In this document: positions 8,156 to 17,172 of the stretch, piece after piece
Layout: each line of letters begins with the position of its first letter
Numbering within the stretch: the first letter of the stretch is position 1
From: Proteobacteria bacterium CAG:495
Lineage (GTDB): Bacteria; Pseudomonadota; Alphaproteobacteria; RF32; CAG-239
Reading direction: 5' to 3'
Assembly (NCBI GenBank): GCA_000432275.1
Contig: HF995316.1
Coordinates: 27,676-91,675 of the forward strand
DNA: 64,000 nucleotides
The notes under the pieces: model-generated
What the model was told of the DNA's origin: nothing
Seen by the model: only the letters and a program-made list of their open reading frames with translations
The model's database searches: none
Program-made: the position numbers and the translations under genes

Positions 8156-9877
8156 TTATAAATCCTCGTCAAAATAAGTTTCAGCGTCTTCAAAACCCGT
8201 TGTTTCGTCTTCAAGGCTTTCCTCGGTAAGCTTACGGGTCAGTGTTTCTATTTTTGAGCCTTTAAATTCGGCCAAAATCGCCTTTACCAAAGGCAGGTCG
8301 GCAACATTTCTCTTATTAGCCTCGTCGGCAGCCTGTTCATGTTGCGCTATTGTTTCGCCCATTTTGCCCCGGCTGGTCTCTATTTTCCATTTTTCCCCGG
8401 TAGCTTCTGTCAAAACTTTTTGCAGGTTAAGCAGAAAATCGTTGTTAACCTTGTCCGCCAGAGTCATTTTTATCTCACCGGGCTTAAACTCGGATATCGA
8501 TACGTCGTTTTTAAGGGCGTAAATCAACAGCATCCGCTTGGTTTGTTCCAAATAGGATATCAGGTCTTCCACGGTATTGAGCGTCGTTTTGTTTTCTGCC
8601 GCCGAAATGCTGCCGGCAGCCGCAGTTTCGGCACTGCTTGTGCTTAAGACAGACGGTGCTGCCTTAATTGTCTCGGACGGAACTAATTTAGATTTTTTTT
8701 TTACGTCGTTTAAGAGTTCAAACGGCGTTGGCAAACTGGCGGAATAGGCAATCCTGATAAGTATCATTTCCAGAGCGTCAATTTGTACCGGCGCAATGGC
8801 AAGTTCGTTAATGCCTTTTATCATCATCTGCCAGATTTTTGATAAAACGGCAATGGATACATTCGGAGAAACCCTTTTGCAAAATTCCTTTTCGCTTTCC
8901 GAAAGGTTGTCATCGTTCATGCACGCCGGCACGATTTTAACCTTGGCCGTCATATGGGTGATGTTGATTAAATCCTGCAGCATGGTCGTCGGATTGGCAC
9001 CGTTTTTATACTGCTCGGCCATATTGGTAATAACCTGGTCTGTTTTACCGTTGACCAGGCTTTCGAACAAAGCGAAAGTCTGATTGCGGTCTGCCAGCCC
9101 GATCATATTTTTAACAATGTCGGTCTTAACGGCGCCGGACCCCAGAGATATGGCCTGGTCTAACAGTGACAAACCGTCGCGGCAGGATCCGTCCGCCGCT
9201 TTGGCAATGATATGCAGGGCTTCTTCCTCGGCTTCCAGCTTTTCATTGGCAATAATGTTTTTGAAATGGCCGACCAGCGTATCGATAGTCAGGCGTTGCA
9301 GGTCAAACCGCTGACAGCGGGATAATACCGTAATCGGAACCTTGCGGATTTCCGTTGTCGCAAAAATAAAGATAACATGTGACGGCGGCTCTTCCAGCGT
9401 TTTTAACAAGGCGTTAAAAGCGTTTTTAGACAGCATATGAACTTCATCGATGATATAAACCTTGTAACGGGCATTGGTCGGCTTATAACGTACGCCGTCC
9501 AAAATTTCGCGGATGTCATCCACGCCGGTACGAGAAGCTGCGTCCAGTTCCAAAACGTCTATATGGCGGGAAGCTGCAATCGCCTTGCAATTTTCACAAA
9601 CGCCGCAAGGGTTGACCGTCGGACCGCCATTGCCGTCTGCACCGGTGCAGTTTAAGGCTTTGGCAATAAGCCGGGCCGTCGTCGTTTTGCCGACGCCGCG
9701 GATTCCCGTTAAAATATAGGCATGATGCAGTCTGTTGTTTTTTATTGCATTGGTCAGGGTTCTGACTAACGCATCCTGACCCAGCAGCTCGTCAAAATTC
9801 TGCGGGCGGTACTTTCGTGCCAAAACCACGTACTGCTTGTCATTTTCATTAGAGATGTCGTTAGTTGCTTCTGTCAT
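8156..9877 (-). CDS. dnaX: DNA polymerase III subunits tau/gamma
   Basis: Walker A GIRGVGKTT, zinc module CGVCENC, Walker B/DEAD-like IIDEVHML and SRC motif LSRCQRF. Confidence 0.9.
   Translation of the reverse strand: MTEATNDISNENDKQYVVLARKYRPQNFDELLGQDALVRTLTNAIKNNRLHHAYILTGIRGVGKTTTARLIAKALNCTGADGNGGPTVNPCGVCENCKAIAASRHIDVLELDAASRTGVDDIREILDGVRYKPTNARYKVYIIDEVHMLSKNAFNALLKTLEEPPSHVIFIFATTEIRKVPITVLSRCQRFDLQRLTIDTLVGHFKNIIANEKLEAEEEALHIIAKAADGSCRDGLSLLDQAISLGSGAVKTDIVKNMIGLADRNQTFALFESLVNGKTDQVITNMAEQYKNGANPTTMLQDLINITHMTAKVKIVPACMNDDNLSESEKEFCKRVSPNVSIAVLSKIWQMMIKGINELAIAPVQIDALEMILIRIAYSASLPTPFELLNDVKKKSKLVPSETIKAAPSVLSTSSAETAAAGSISAAENKTTLNTVEDLISYLEQTKRMLLIYALKNDVSISEFKPGEIKMTLADKVNNDFLLNLQKVLTEATGEKWKIETSRGKMGETIAQHEQAADEANKRNVADLPLVKAILAEFKGSKIETLTRKLTEESLEDETTGFEDAETYFDEDL
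8693..8702 (-). other. A10 homopolymer (candidate recoding or slippage site) inside dnaX
   Basis: The coding strand reads GTA AAA AAA AAA TCT AAA TTA. The -1 frame gives ATC TAA and the +1 frame gives CTA AAT TAG. Confidence 0.4.
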
Positions 9878-9905
9878 AAAATTATGTAGAACCTGTCAAA
9901 AAAAT

Positions 9906-9994
9906 GGTGGAGAGCATCGACCTTAACCGGATTCGTTACGGCTGCTTCCTTCCGGACCTGACCGGGTTGGCGAACGGTCAACCCGTTGCCCTCC
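9906..9994 (-). ncRNA. ffs: Signal recognition particle RNA (4.5S-type SRP RNA)
   Basis: The minus strand reads GGAGGGCAACGGG...CCGGUCAGGUCCGGAAGGAAGCAGCCGUAACG...GAUGCUCUCC. It contains the universally conserved domain IV motif GGUCCGGAAGGAAGCAGCC, and the 5' and 3' ends pair (GGAGGGCA / UGCUCUCC). The ends are approximate. Confidence 0.85.
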
Positions 9995-10004
9995 TTTGCT
10001 ATAA

Positions 10005-10033
10005 ATATCAAATATCCGTTAATATTCAAGCAA
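10005..10033 (-). promoter_or_regulatory. Candidate sigma70-type promoter for ffs
   Basis: Minus strand TTGCTT-N17-TGATAT, ending about 10 nt upstream of the predicted SRP RNA 5' end. Confidence 0.35.
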
Positions 10034-10053
10034 AATTTAGTTTTATTCTGCGC

Positions 10054-11541
10054 TTAAGGGATAACAATTCCCATTTGACGCAGCTCTTTGTTGACGGCTT
10101 GGCGCTCGCTTTCCGGATCCCGGAAACGAATGCCCTGATTCTCAATCGGCAAAACCTCTCCGTATATCAGAATTTGAGCCGTAGCATTGTCTTTGCCGTA
10201 AATTAAGGGGGCTCTGTAACTGCTGTCTATGTTGACAGCGGATAACAGCTCTTCCTCGCCGCTGTTTGTAAACTTGCGCGGAGCAGAGTTAATGACGGCA
10301 TCGCCTTCGGGACGGATTTCCAAAATGTCCAGACTGTGTTGATTGGAACCGTCTTCAAACAAACGGAAAACGCCGCTGATGCCGGCATATCCGTCCGGAT
10401 TGGTAATCACTTTGTTAATGTTGTCCGTGTCTTGTTTGGATATTTCGTTGGCTAGCGCTACGGCATCATAGGCAAAAGAATACAGGCTGCTCGGTTTTTC
10501 GCCGAAAATGCCGGCATATTTGTTGGCAAAATAGCTGCTGTGCATTCTTGACAGGGCCGGATACCAGCTGTGAACAATTGAGGATTCGTTGTTCAGCCGG
10601 CTGCCTTCCCAAACCGAAGTACCCAAAAACTGCACTTGCGGATAGGCAACGTCATAATAGGCAAACATCGAAATCGCCGCTGTAAGCTTGGCGCCGGATT
10701 CTGGAATTATGATGGCATCAAAGCCTATGTCTCCCAATCCTTCTTTGGTGCTCAGCCGCTCCAAAGCCTTTTTGGACGTACCGTCGCCGTTGTCTGCTTT
10801 GCGCTGAAGCATATTGCGCAGGCTGCTCAAACGGGCGTGCCTGGTCTGATAATCCGTCATTTCTTTGATGATTCCCGAAAAATCAGAAGTGCTCGGAGCG
10901 TAAAAACCGATGACAGTTACTTCTACGCCGTTTTTCTGAGCGGATTTGACAGCAGCTTTGGCAACCGCGCTTCCGGTAGAGTTGTCCGGCAGCAGCAAAG
11001 CAAAGCGTTTGCGCCCTTTTTGTGCCGCATAAGTCATAATCCTGTTGACTTGTTCCTCAATCAACAGGCCGAGTGTGTAAACCGTCGGCTGCAAAACTTC
11101 CTGTGCGGTGGAAAAGGCGATAACCGGCACTCCCTGATAGATTGTTTCGTTTGAGATGGCCTGAACTTCAGTACTCATTAGCGGGCCGATAATCAGGTCC
11201 GAATTTTGGCGAATGGCATTTTCTGCGGCGATTCTTGCGCCGCTGGGCGTACTTTGGGTGTCATAATACTGCAAAACCAGATTGGGGTTTCTTACGTCTT
11301 CCAATGCAACCATCGTCGCATTGCGCAATCCCTGGCCGTGTTTGCTCGCTTTTCCCGTTAAAGGCAGCAAAACGCCGACGCGAAAGCTCCGGCTTGAGGT
11401 TCCTGAAATGTTTATTTCGCTGATGTCCGTGTTGAAGGCGTTGCTGCCGCCCTGATCGCTGATTTCCGGACCGCGCGGCGTCGAACAGCCGATGATGCCC
11501 AGACAAAGCAAACAAATACTAATTTTTTTTAACACTTGCAT
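10054..11541 (-). CDS. LpoA-like penicillin-binding-protein activator / type-1 periplasmic-binding-fold lipoprotein
   Basis: Lipoprotein signal with lipobox LGIIGC and a PBP-type-1 fold signature RVGVLLPLTGK. It lies in the same neighbourhood as rsmI and yraN, as E. coli lpoA (yraM) does. Confidence 0.6.
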   Translation of the reverse strand: MQVLKKISICLLCLGIIGCSTPRGPEISDQGGSNAFNTDISEINISGTSSRSFRVGVLLPLTGKASKHGQGLRNATMVALEDVRNPNLVLQYYDTQSTPSGARIAAENAIRQNSDLIIGPLMSTEVQAISNETIYQGVPVIAFSTAQEVLQPTVYTLGLLIEEQVNRIMTYAAQKGRKRFALLLPDNSTGSAVAKAAVKSAQKNGVEVTVIGFYAPSTSDFSGIIKEMTDYQTRHARLSSLRNMLQRKADNGDGTSKKALERLSTKEGLGDIGFDAIIIPESGAKLTAAISMFAYYDVAYPQVQFLGTSVWEGSRLNNESSIVHSWYPALSRMHSSYFANKYAGIFGEKPSSLYSFAYDAVALANEISKQDTDNINKVITNPDGYAGISGVFRLFEDGSNQHSLDILEIRPEGDAVINSAPRKFTNSGEEELLSAVNIDSSYRAPLIYGKDNATAQILIYGEVLPIENQGIRFRDPESERQAVNKELRQMGIVIP

Positions 11542-11626
11542 TTTATCCCAAAATAGAAATGATATAACTATATGAACTTTATAAGAGTTTTAGTTTAATT
11601 TTTAACTAATGTAAAGAGAGGTCTTT

Positions 11627-12460
11627 GTGAAAAGCGGTATTTACGTTGTTGCGACCCCCATCGGCAACCTGAACGACATTTCTTCCCGGGCGCTGGAGGT
11701 TTTGCAGAACGCCGACGTTATCGCCTGTGAAGACACCCGGGTTACCAAAAAGCTTTTTTCGTTGCTGGGGCTCGGTTTGAAAAAAACTTTTGTTACGCTT
11801 CATGACCATAACGAAGAAGAACAGGCGCAAAAACTGATAGATATGGTCAACCGCGGACAAAGTATTGCTCAGGTCAGCGATGCCGGTTGTCCGTTGATTT
11901 CCGATCCCGGCTATAAGCTGATAAAACGCTGCCGTGAGCAAGGCGTTGCGGTTACCACGATTCCCGGTCCCTGTGCCTTGATTTGTGCCTTGCAGCTTTC
12001 CGGCCTCCCCACCAATTCCTTTATGTTTGCCGGCTTTATTCCCAATAAAGATAAGGCGCGCAAAGATTTATTCAATAAATTAAAAGATATAGACGCCACG
12101 TTGGTTTTTTATGAAACGGCTAATCGGATTGTCAAAACTCTGGAAACGGCCGGAGAGGTCTTCTCTTTGCGCGAAATGGCGGTTGCTCGGGAAATTACCA
12201 AAGTTTATGAAGAGTGTGTCAATGGCAGTGCGGCGGAATTGATAGAACACTTTTCTCAAAAAGAGCCCAAAGGCGAGATGGTTTTGATGATTGCGCCGCC
12301 GACGCCGGGCGAAGCTGCGGCGGATTTGGACATTGCCGCTCTGATTCGCCGGGAGTTGGCCGAAAACAGTCTTAAAACTGCGGTAAAAAACGTGGTTTCC
12401 CAATACGGGCTTAACAAAAACGAAGTTTATGAATTGGCTCTGAAAATAAAAAATGAATAA
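11627..12460 (+). CDS. rsmI: 16S rRNA (cytidine1402-2'-O)-methyltransferase RsmI
   Basis: N-terminal LYVVATPIGNLNDIS and EDTR motifs of the tetrapyrrole-methylase-fold RsmI family. GTG start. Confidence 0.85.
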   Translation: MKSGIYVVATPIGNLNDISSRALEVLQNADVIACEDTRVTKKLFSLLGLGLKKTFVTLHDHNEEEQAQKLIDMVNRGQSIAQVSDAGCPLISDPGYKLIKRCREQGVAVTTIPGPCALICALQLSGLPTNSFMFAGFIPNKDKARKDLFNKLKDIDATLVFYETANRIVKTLETAGEVFSLREMAVAREITKVYEECVNGSAAELIEHFSQKEPKGEMVLMIAPPTPGEAAADLDIAALIRRELAENSLKTAVKNVVSQYGLNKNEVYELALKIKNE

Positions 12461-12803
12461 TTATCAGAACGGACATTTGGCCGAATATATGGCAATGTGG
12501 TTTCTGCATTTTCGCGGATACCGCCTGTTGTTTCAAAACTATCGCTGCGGCAAAGGAACACATGCCGGTGAAGTTGATTTGATTATGCTTAAAAAGAAAA
12601 CCGTTGTGTTTATTGAAGTTAAGCAACGTCAAACGCTTGAGAAAGCCGCCTATGCCGTTTTGCCCCCGCAAAAAAAGCGGATTCGCCGTGCCGCCGAGGC
12701 TTTCCTTTCCCGCCACCCTCAATATATGGACTATGGCATACGTTTTGACGCGGTGCTGGTTTCCCTTCCGTTCAAAATCGTTCATCTTCCGAACGCGTTT
12801 TAA
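12453..12803 (+). CDS. yraN: YraN-family (UPF0102) endonuclease-like protein
   Basis: 116 aa with GHLAEYMAMWFL..., GEVDLIM and FIEVK motifs typical of YraN. Overlaps the rsmI stop by 8 nt. Confidence 0.8.
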   Translation: MNNYQNGHLAEYMAMWFLHFRGYRLLFQNYRCGKGTHAGEVDLIMLKKKTVVFIEVKQRQTLEKAAYAVLPPQKKRIRRAAEAFLSRHPQYMDYGIRFDAVLVSLPFKIVHLPNAF

Positions 12804-13868
12804 TCAGGCCTGATGTTTTGACTTAAGCTGTCCGCAGGCAGCCAGAATATCCTGTCCCCGGGCAACTCTGATTGGGGCTTCGTAACCGGCAGCTTCAAGT
12901 TCTCTTGAAAAAGCGTGCACTTTATTGTTTGAACTCGGTTCATACTGGCATCCGGGCCAGGGGTTAAAAGGAATCAGATTGAATTTTGCGCCGATTTTGT
13001 TCTTTTTCATTAAGGCGATAAGCTCTCTCGCATCGTCAAGACTGTCGTTAAAATCCTTCAGCATCAGATATTCAAAAGTGATATAACGGCCCGGACTCAT
13101 GGCTTTTTGATATTCCTGACACCCTTTGAGCACTTCTTCTATCGGATAACGGTCGTTGATAGGCATAATTTGCGAACGTTTTTCGTTGTTGGGAGCATGC
13201 AGGCTGATGGCCAGTCTGACACCCAGTTCGGTTGCAACCAGAGGAATTTTGGGAGCAATGCCCGAAGTTGAAAGCGTTATTTTTCTTTTGGATATGGCAA
13301 TACCGTCTCCGTCAGACAGGATTTTAAGTGCCTTAATGGTATTTTCCGGGTTGTGCAGCGGTTCTCCCATTCCCATAACCACAATGTTGGAAAGAAAACG
13401 GGTTTCGTTCGTCGGACTCGGCCATTCGCCGTATGCGTCCCTGGCAACCATAAACTGGGAGACAATTTCCCCCGCCGTCAGATTTCGGGTGATTTTCTGG
13501 CTTCCGGTATGGCAGAATTTGCAGCCGACCGCACAGCCGACTTGCGTGGAAATACACACGGCGCCGCGGTCTTCTTCCGGAATATAGACCGTTTCAATCC
13601 GCTGGCCGTCTGAAAATTCCAGCAGCCATTTGTGGGTCTTGTCTGTTGAGATTTGCTCGGTAATGATTTTCGGGCGGCTTATCGAAAAATGTTGTTTGAG
13701 TTTTTCGCGCAGATCTTTGGAGATGTTGGTCATCTTGTCAAAATCGGTTTCTCCGCGAAAATAAATCCATTGCCACAACTGCTTGGCCCGGAATGCTTTT
13801 TCTCCGATATTGACCAGCTCGGCCGTCAACTCTTCTTTAGACAGCCCGATTAACTCTTTTTTTTCCAT
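12804..13868 (-). CDS. rlmN: 23S rRNA/tRNA (adenine-C2)-methyltransferase RlmN (radical SAM)
   Basis: Radical-SAM cluster CAVGCKFCHTG plus MGMGEPL and the C-terminal ACGQL motif. Confidence 0.9.
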   Translation of the reverse strand: MEKKELIGLSKEELTAELVNIGEKAFRAKQLWQWIYFRGETDFDKMTNISKDLREKLKQHFSISRPKIITEQISTDKTHKWLLEFSDGQRIETVYIPEEDRGAVCISTQVGCAVGCKFCHTGSQKITRNLTAGEIVSQFMVARDAYGEWPSPTNETRFLSNIVVMGMGEPLHNPENTIKALKILSDGDGIAISKRKITLSTSGIAPKIPLVATELGVRLAISLHAPNNEKRSQIMPINDRYPIEEVLKGCQEYQKAMSPGRYITFEYLMLKDFNDSLDDARELIALMKKNKIGAKFNLIPFNPWPGCQYEPSSNNKVHAFSRELEAAGYEAPIRVARGQDILAACGQLKSKHQA

Positions 13869-14380
13869 TATTTGCTCTTACATTTATTGGATATGGCACG
13901 ATAAGCGCTGCTGAAGCCGCTCAGGGAGTAGGTGTCTTTGGTTTGCGTTCCCCGGCTGGACGTTCCGTGAACAACCATGCGGCTGCCGCGTTTCATCGCG
14001 TCTACGATTTCCTTGTCGACTTTTTCACTGACCGCCCAAGCCTTGTCGCCGCTGGTAAACAAGCGGTCAAAGGTTTTGGCGCCGATTTTGATTGTAACTT
14101 TTGAATCCGGTTTGTAAGTATAGCCGGCATTAATATTCAAAACGTCAAAGCTTTTTTCGTTGGGACGATGGGTTATAACCGCATAAATGTCGCCGCGGCG
14201 GCTGTATTTGCCCTCGTCTTTTTTTGGCGTAGAAGCCATATAACAGACGGGTCCGGCGGAATCTCTGTAATAATAAGCGACCCAGTCGTCATATTCGCCG
14301 ATCATCTGCGGTGCGGCCGCATTTGCCCGGCAAATGCCGCAAAAGTAAGCTAAACCTATTAAAAATAAAAATTTTTTCAT
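13868..14380 (-). CDS. Invasion-associated locus B (IalB) family periplasmic protein
   Basis: Signal peptide. The DDWVAYYY...GPVCYMAS...KVTIKIG pattern resembles IalB-family proteins, which commonly sit next to rlmN in alphaproteobacteria. Confidence 0.65.
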   Translation of the reverse strand: MKKFLFLIGLAYFCGICRANAAAPQMIGEYDDWVAYYYRDSAGPVCYMASTPKKDEGKYSRRGDIYAVITHRPNEKSFDVLNINAGYTYKPDSKVTIKIGAKTFDRLFTSGDKAWAVSEKVDKEIVDAMKRGSRMVVHGTSSRGTQTKDTYSLSGFSSAYRAISNKCKSK

Positions 14381-14477
14381 ACTGACATACCCACATTATG
14401 GTTAAATTTAACATAATAGTAATTGAAAAATATATAAAAACTGTTAACTTCAAAAAAAATTTTTCAGGTAAAAGGTT

Positions 14478-15719
14478 ATGATTAGAGATAATTATCTGGA
14501 CGTAAACAAACTGGTCGGCAATAAAAAAATCTTTAAACTGTTTCGCGTCGTTGAACAACACGGCGGCGTTTTGCGTTTCGTCGGAGGTGCCGTACGCGAT
14601 GCTCTTAAAGGGCTGTCGGGATTTGACCTCGATTTGGCAACCGATTTGTCTCCCGATGAGTTGGTGGAAGCTTGCACCGAAGAAGGGCTGAAAACGGTTC
14701 CCATCGGCATCAAATACGGAACCGTGGGCGTCATTATTGACGATGAAGTGCTGGAGGTTACCTCATTGCGCCGTGATGTAAAAACCGACGGTCGTCATGC
14801 CGAGGTGGAATTTACCGACAACTGGGAGGAGGATGCTTCCCGCCGTGACCTTACCATTAATGCCGTTTATGCTGATGAAAAAGGCAACGTTTTTGACTAT
14901 TACAATGGCATTGAAGATTTGGAAAAAGGGACTGTGCGCTTTATCGGCTCACCTTCGCAGCGTATCCGGGAAGACTACCTGCGCATTTTGCGTTTTTTCC
15001 GCTTTTATTCAAATTTCGGACAGGGACCGGTCGACAAAAAGGCCTTGGAAGCCTGCCGGGAAAACCGGGAAGGGTTGACAACCCTGTCTATGGAGCGGAT
15101 TCGCGACGAATTTGCCAAGATTTTGCTGACCAAAAATGTTGTTTCCACTCTGCGGATAATGTTTGAAAATGATATTTTAAGCTTTATCCTGCCAGACCCC
15201 CAACATTTGGATAAACTTGATTTCTTGATTAACCTGGTCGATGAAGAAGAACTGCCGCACGAAGCGATGCGGCGGCTGTATACTATTTATCAGCCGGATA
15301 AGGCCTTGGCCGAAAACCTGGCTGTTCGTCTGCGTTTAACCAAAAAGCAAAAACAGCATTTTGTAAGCTGGGCGGAAAACGAAGTCAAGCTTGAGGAGTA
15401 CCAGAATGAGACGGCTTTGTACCGGCTGCTTTATCGTTTTGGCGCCGAGTTTTGCGTTGACAAGCTTTTGCTGCTGTTAGCCGAGCGTCAGCAAAGTATT
15501 CTCGGTTTGCATAATTTGATAAAAAAAATCCGCTCTATGGAAATTCCGGAGTTTCCTCTTCGCGGTAAAGACATCATCGCTTCCGGCGTTAAAAATCCGC
15601 ATCAAATCGGTCCGATTCTGAAAGAATTGGAAGAAATCTGGATTGGCAGCGGGTTTAAGTTGAGCAAGCAAGAACTCCTTGACATCAGGGATAAGTTCAA
15701 AAAAGTCGCCGGCGAATAG
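14478..15719 (+). CDS. cca: CCA-adding enzyme / poly(A) polymerase family tRNA nucleotidyltransferase
   Basis: Class II nucleotidyltransferase head motif RFVGGAVRD...DLDLAT, with RRDLTINA further on. Confidence 0.75.
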   Translation: MIRDNYLDVNKLVGNKKIFKLFRVVEQHGGVLRFVGGAVRDALKGLSGFDLDLATDLSPDELVEACTEEGLKTVPIGIKYGTVGVIIDDEVLEVTSLRRDVKTDGRHAEVEFTDNWEEDASRRDLTINAVYADEKGNVFDYYNGIEDLEKGTVRFIGSPSQRIREDYLRILRFFRFYSNFGQGPVDKKALEACRENREGLTTLSMERIRDEFAKILLTKNVVSTLRIMFENDILSFILPDPQHLDKLDFLINLVDEEELPHEAMRRLYTIYQPDKALAENLAVRLRLTKKQKQHFVSWAENEVKLEEYQNETALYRLLYRFGAEFCVDKLLLLLAERQQSILGLHNLIKKIRSMEIPEFPLRGKDIIASGVKNPHQIGPILKELEEIWIGSGFKLSKQELLDIRDKFKKVAGE

Positions 15720-15740
15720 CCAAAATGCGATAAAGAAAAT

Positions 15741-15776
15741 AAAAAGCCGCGTTTTTCTGATAAAACACGGCTTTTT
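15741..15776 (+). terminator. Intrinsic terminator after cca
   Basis: aaaaaGCCGcGTttttctgataaaACaCGGCttttt: stem with one mismatch, followed by a T run. Confidence 0.5.
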
Positions 15777-15781
15777 CTAAT

Positions 15782-15857
15782 TGGTGGAGGTAAGCGGGAT
15801 CGAACCGCCGACCTAATGATTGCGAACCATTCGCTCTCCCAACTGAGCTATACCCCC
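15782..15857 (-). tRNA. tRNA-Ala (anticodon CGC), CCA encoded
   Basis: 76-nt cloverleaf folded by hand: acceptor GGGGGUA/UACCUCC with the G3:U70 Ala identity pair, anticodon loop UUCGCAA, T-loop GGUUCGAUCC, 3' ACCA. Confidence 0.9.
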
Positions 15858-15926
15858 GATAATGTTCCCCCGGTCAGGGTGAAATATGAGAAAAGCACCG
15901 TCCGTGACGATGCTTTTCTTCGAAAT

Positions 15927-16002
<76 letters not shown>

Positions 16003-16016
16003 ATAGGCAAGGACAA

Positions 16017-16045
16017 TATATAAAAGAGGAAATTCCGTTTGTCAA
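16017..16045 (-). promoter_or_regulatory. Sigma70-type promoter for the tRNA-Ala pair
   Basis: Minus strand TTGACA-N17-TATATA, ending 14 nt upstream of the first tRNA 5' end. Confidence 0.5.
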
Positions 16046-16146
16046 ACAAATTTTTTGAAAAATTGTTTTTTGCGTCGTCCTGCAAATATTTTGCATAAAT
16101 ATTTTATGCTGAATTTGCTTTTGTCGGTTGATGTTTTGTTTCTATA

Positions 16147-16698
16147 TTAAATCTGTTTAATGACTTTGCAGGGATTGCCGACCGCTAAGGAATTGTCAGG
16201 GATGTCTTTATTGACGACGCTTCCGGCACCGATAACGCAGTTATTGCCGATTTTGACGCCCGGCAAAATGGAAACGCCGGCCCCAATCCATACGTCATTT
16301 CCGATGTTGACCGGTTTTGCATATTCTTCTCCGCTTCGTCGCCGTTCCGCATCAAGCGGATGTCCTGCCGTATAAATTCCCACGTTAGGCGCGATAAAAA
16401 CGTTGTTGCCGATTGTAACTTTGGCGCCGTCTAAAATAGTCAGGTTAAAGTTAGCGAAAAAATTGTCTCCCACTTCGATGTTATACCCGTAATCGCAATA
16501 AAAAGGAGCTCTGATTCCGCAGTTTTTGCCATGCTTCCCCAACAGGGAGGACATAATCTTTTGCATCTTTTCCGCATCTGCGGGAGGCGTATTGTTATAT
16601 TCAAAGCAAACCTGACGCGCATGCCTGCGGTCTTTTTTCAGTTCTTTGTCTTCAGCGTTGTAATTTTCGCCGTGCAGCATCTTTTCTTTCTCGTTCAT
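16147..16698 (-). CDS. Maltose/galactoside O-acetyltransferase family protein (hexapeptide repeat)
   Basis: N-terminal Mac domain ([14 protein letters not shown]) and left-handed beta-helix hexapeptide repeats ([13 protein letters not shown]..., [31 protein letters not shown]). Confidence 0.75.
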   Translation of the reverse strand: MNEKEKMLHGENYNAEDKELKKDRRHARQVCFEYNNTPPADAEKMQKIMSSLLGKHGKNCGIRAPFYCDYGYNIEVGDNFFANFNLTILDGAKVTIGNNVFIAPNVGIYTAGHPLDAERRRSGEEYAKPVNIGNDVWIGAGVSILPGVKIGNNCVIGAGSVVNKDIPDNSLAVGNPCKVIKQI

Positions 16699-16701
16699 AA
16701 G

Positions 16702-17172
16702 TTAAGAATCTCCTTGTCTGCGTTTGAAAAAGCCGCTTTTGCATCCCATTCCCCAGCTCATGACCAGTTCAATTTCTCCCGTTGATACATCGGTTTGTTC
16801 GCTGATGATTTTAAATCCGGATTTCTGATAAAAACGCAATGCCTTGCCGTTTTTTACAAAAACCCGCAAACTCAGGTTTGGCCGCTTTCTTCGGCTGTAT
16901 TCGAGAAGCTTGGTCCCGATGCGCTGATTTTGGTGCTGCGGAGCAATAAACAGTGCGCCGATATAGTTGTTTTCGCACAAGCTGATAAAACCCTTTATCC
17001 GGTGCCTGTCCTCAAAGACATAGGTTTCCGTGTTGGGCAGGTAGTAGTCCCTGACCGTGGATTGCATTTTTTTCCAATAAGCGGCGTCTATAAAGGCATG
17101 GGCAAGCAAACTGCTTTCCAGCCACAATCTCGTTAACTTTTCATAATCTGCCGGCTGTGCTTTTCTAATCAT
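16702..17172 (-). CDS. GNAT-family N-acetyltransferase
   Basis: 156 aa with an acetyl-CoA-binding-type segment QHQNQRIGTKLL and FYQKSGF, typical of GNAT. Confidence 0.7.
   Translation of the reverse strand: MIRKAQPADYEKLTRLWLESSLLAHAFIDAAYWKKMQSTVRDYYLPNTETYVFEDRHRIKGFISLCENNYIGALFIAPQHQNQRIGTKLLEYSRRKRPNLSLRVFVKNGKALRFYQKSGFKIISEQTDVSTGEIELVMSWGMGCKSGFFKRRQGDS

Noticed and set aside
9904-10206. 100-aa plus-strand ORF between dnaX and the lipoprotein gene.
   Set aside because: The region is explained by the minus-strand SRP RNA (conserved GGUCCGGAAGGAAGCAGCC motif with pairing ends) and by the 3' end of the lpoA-like gene.
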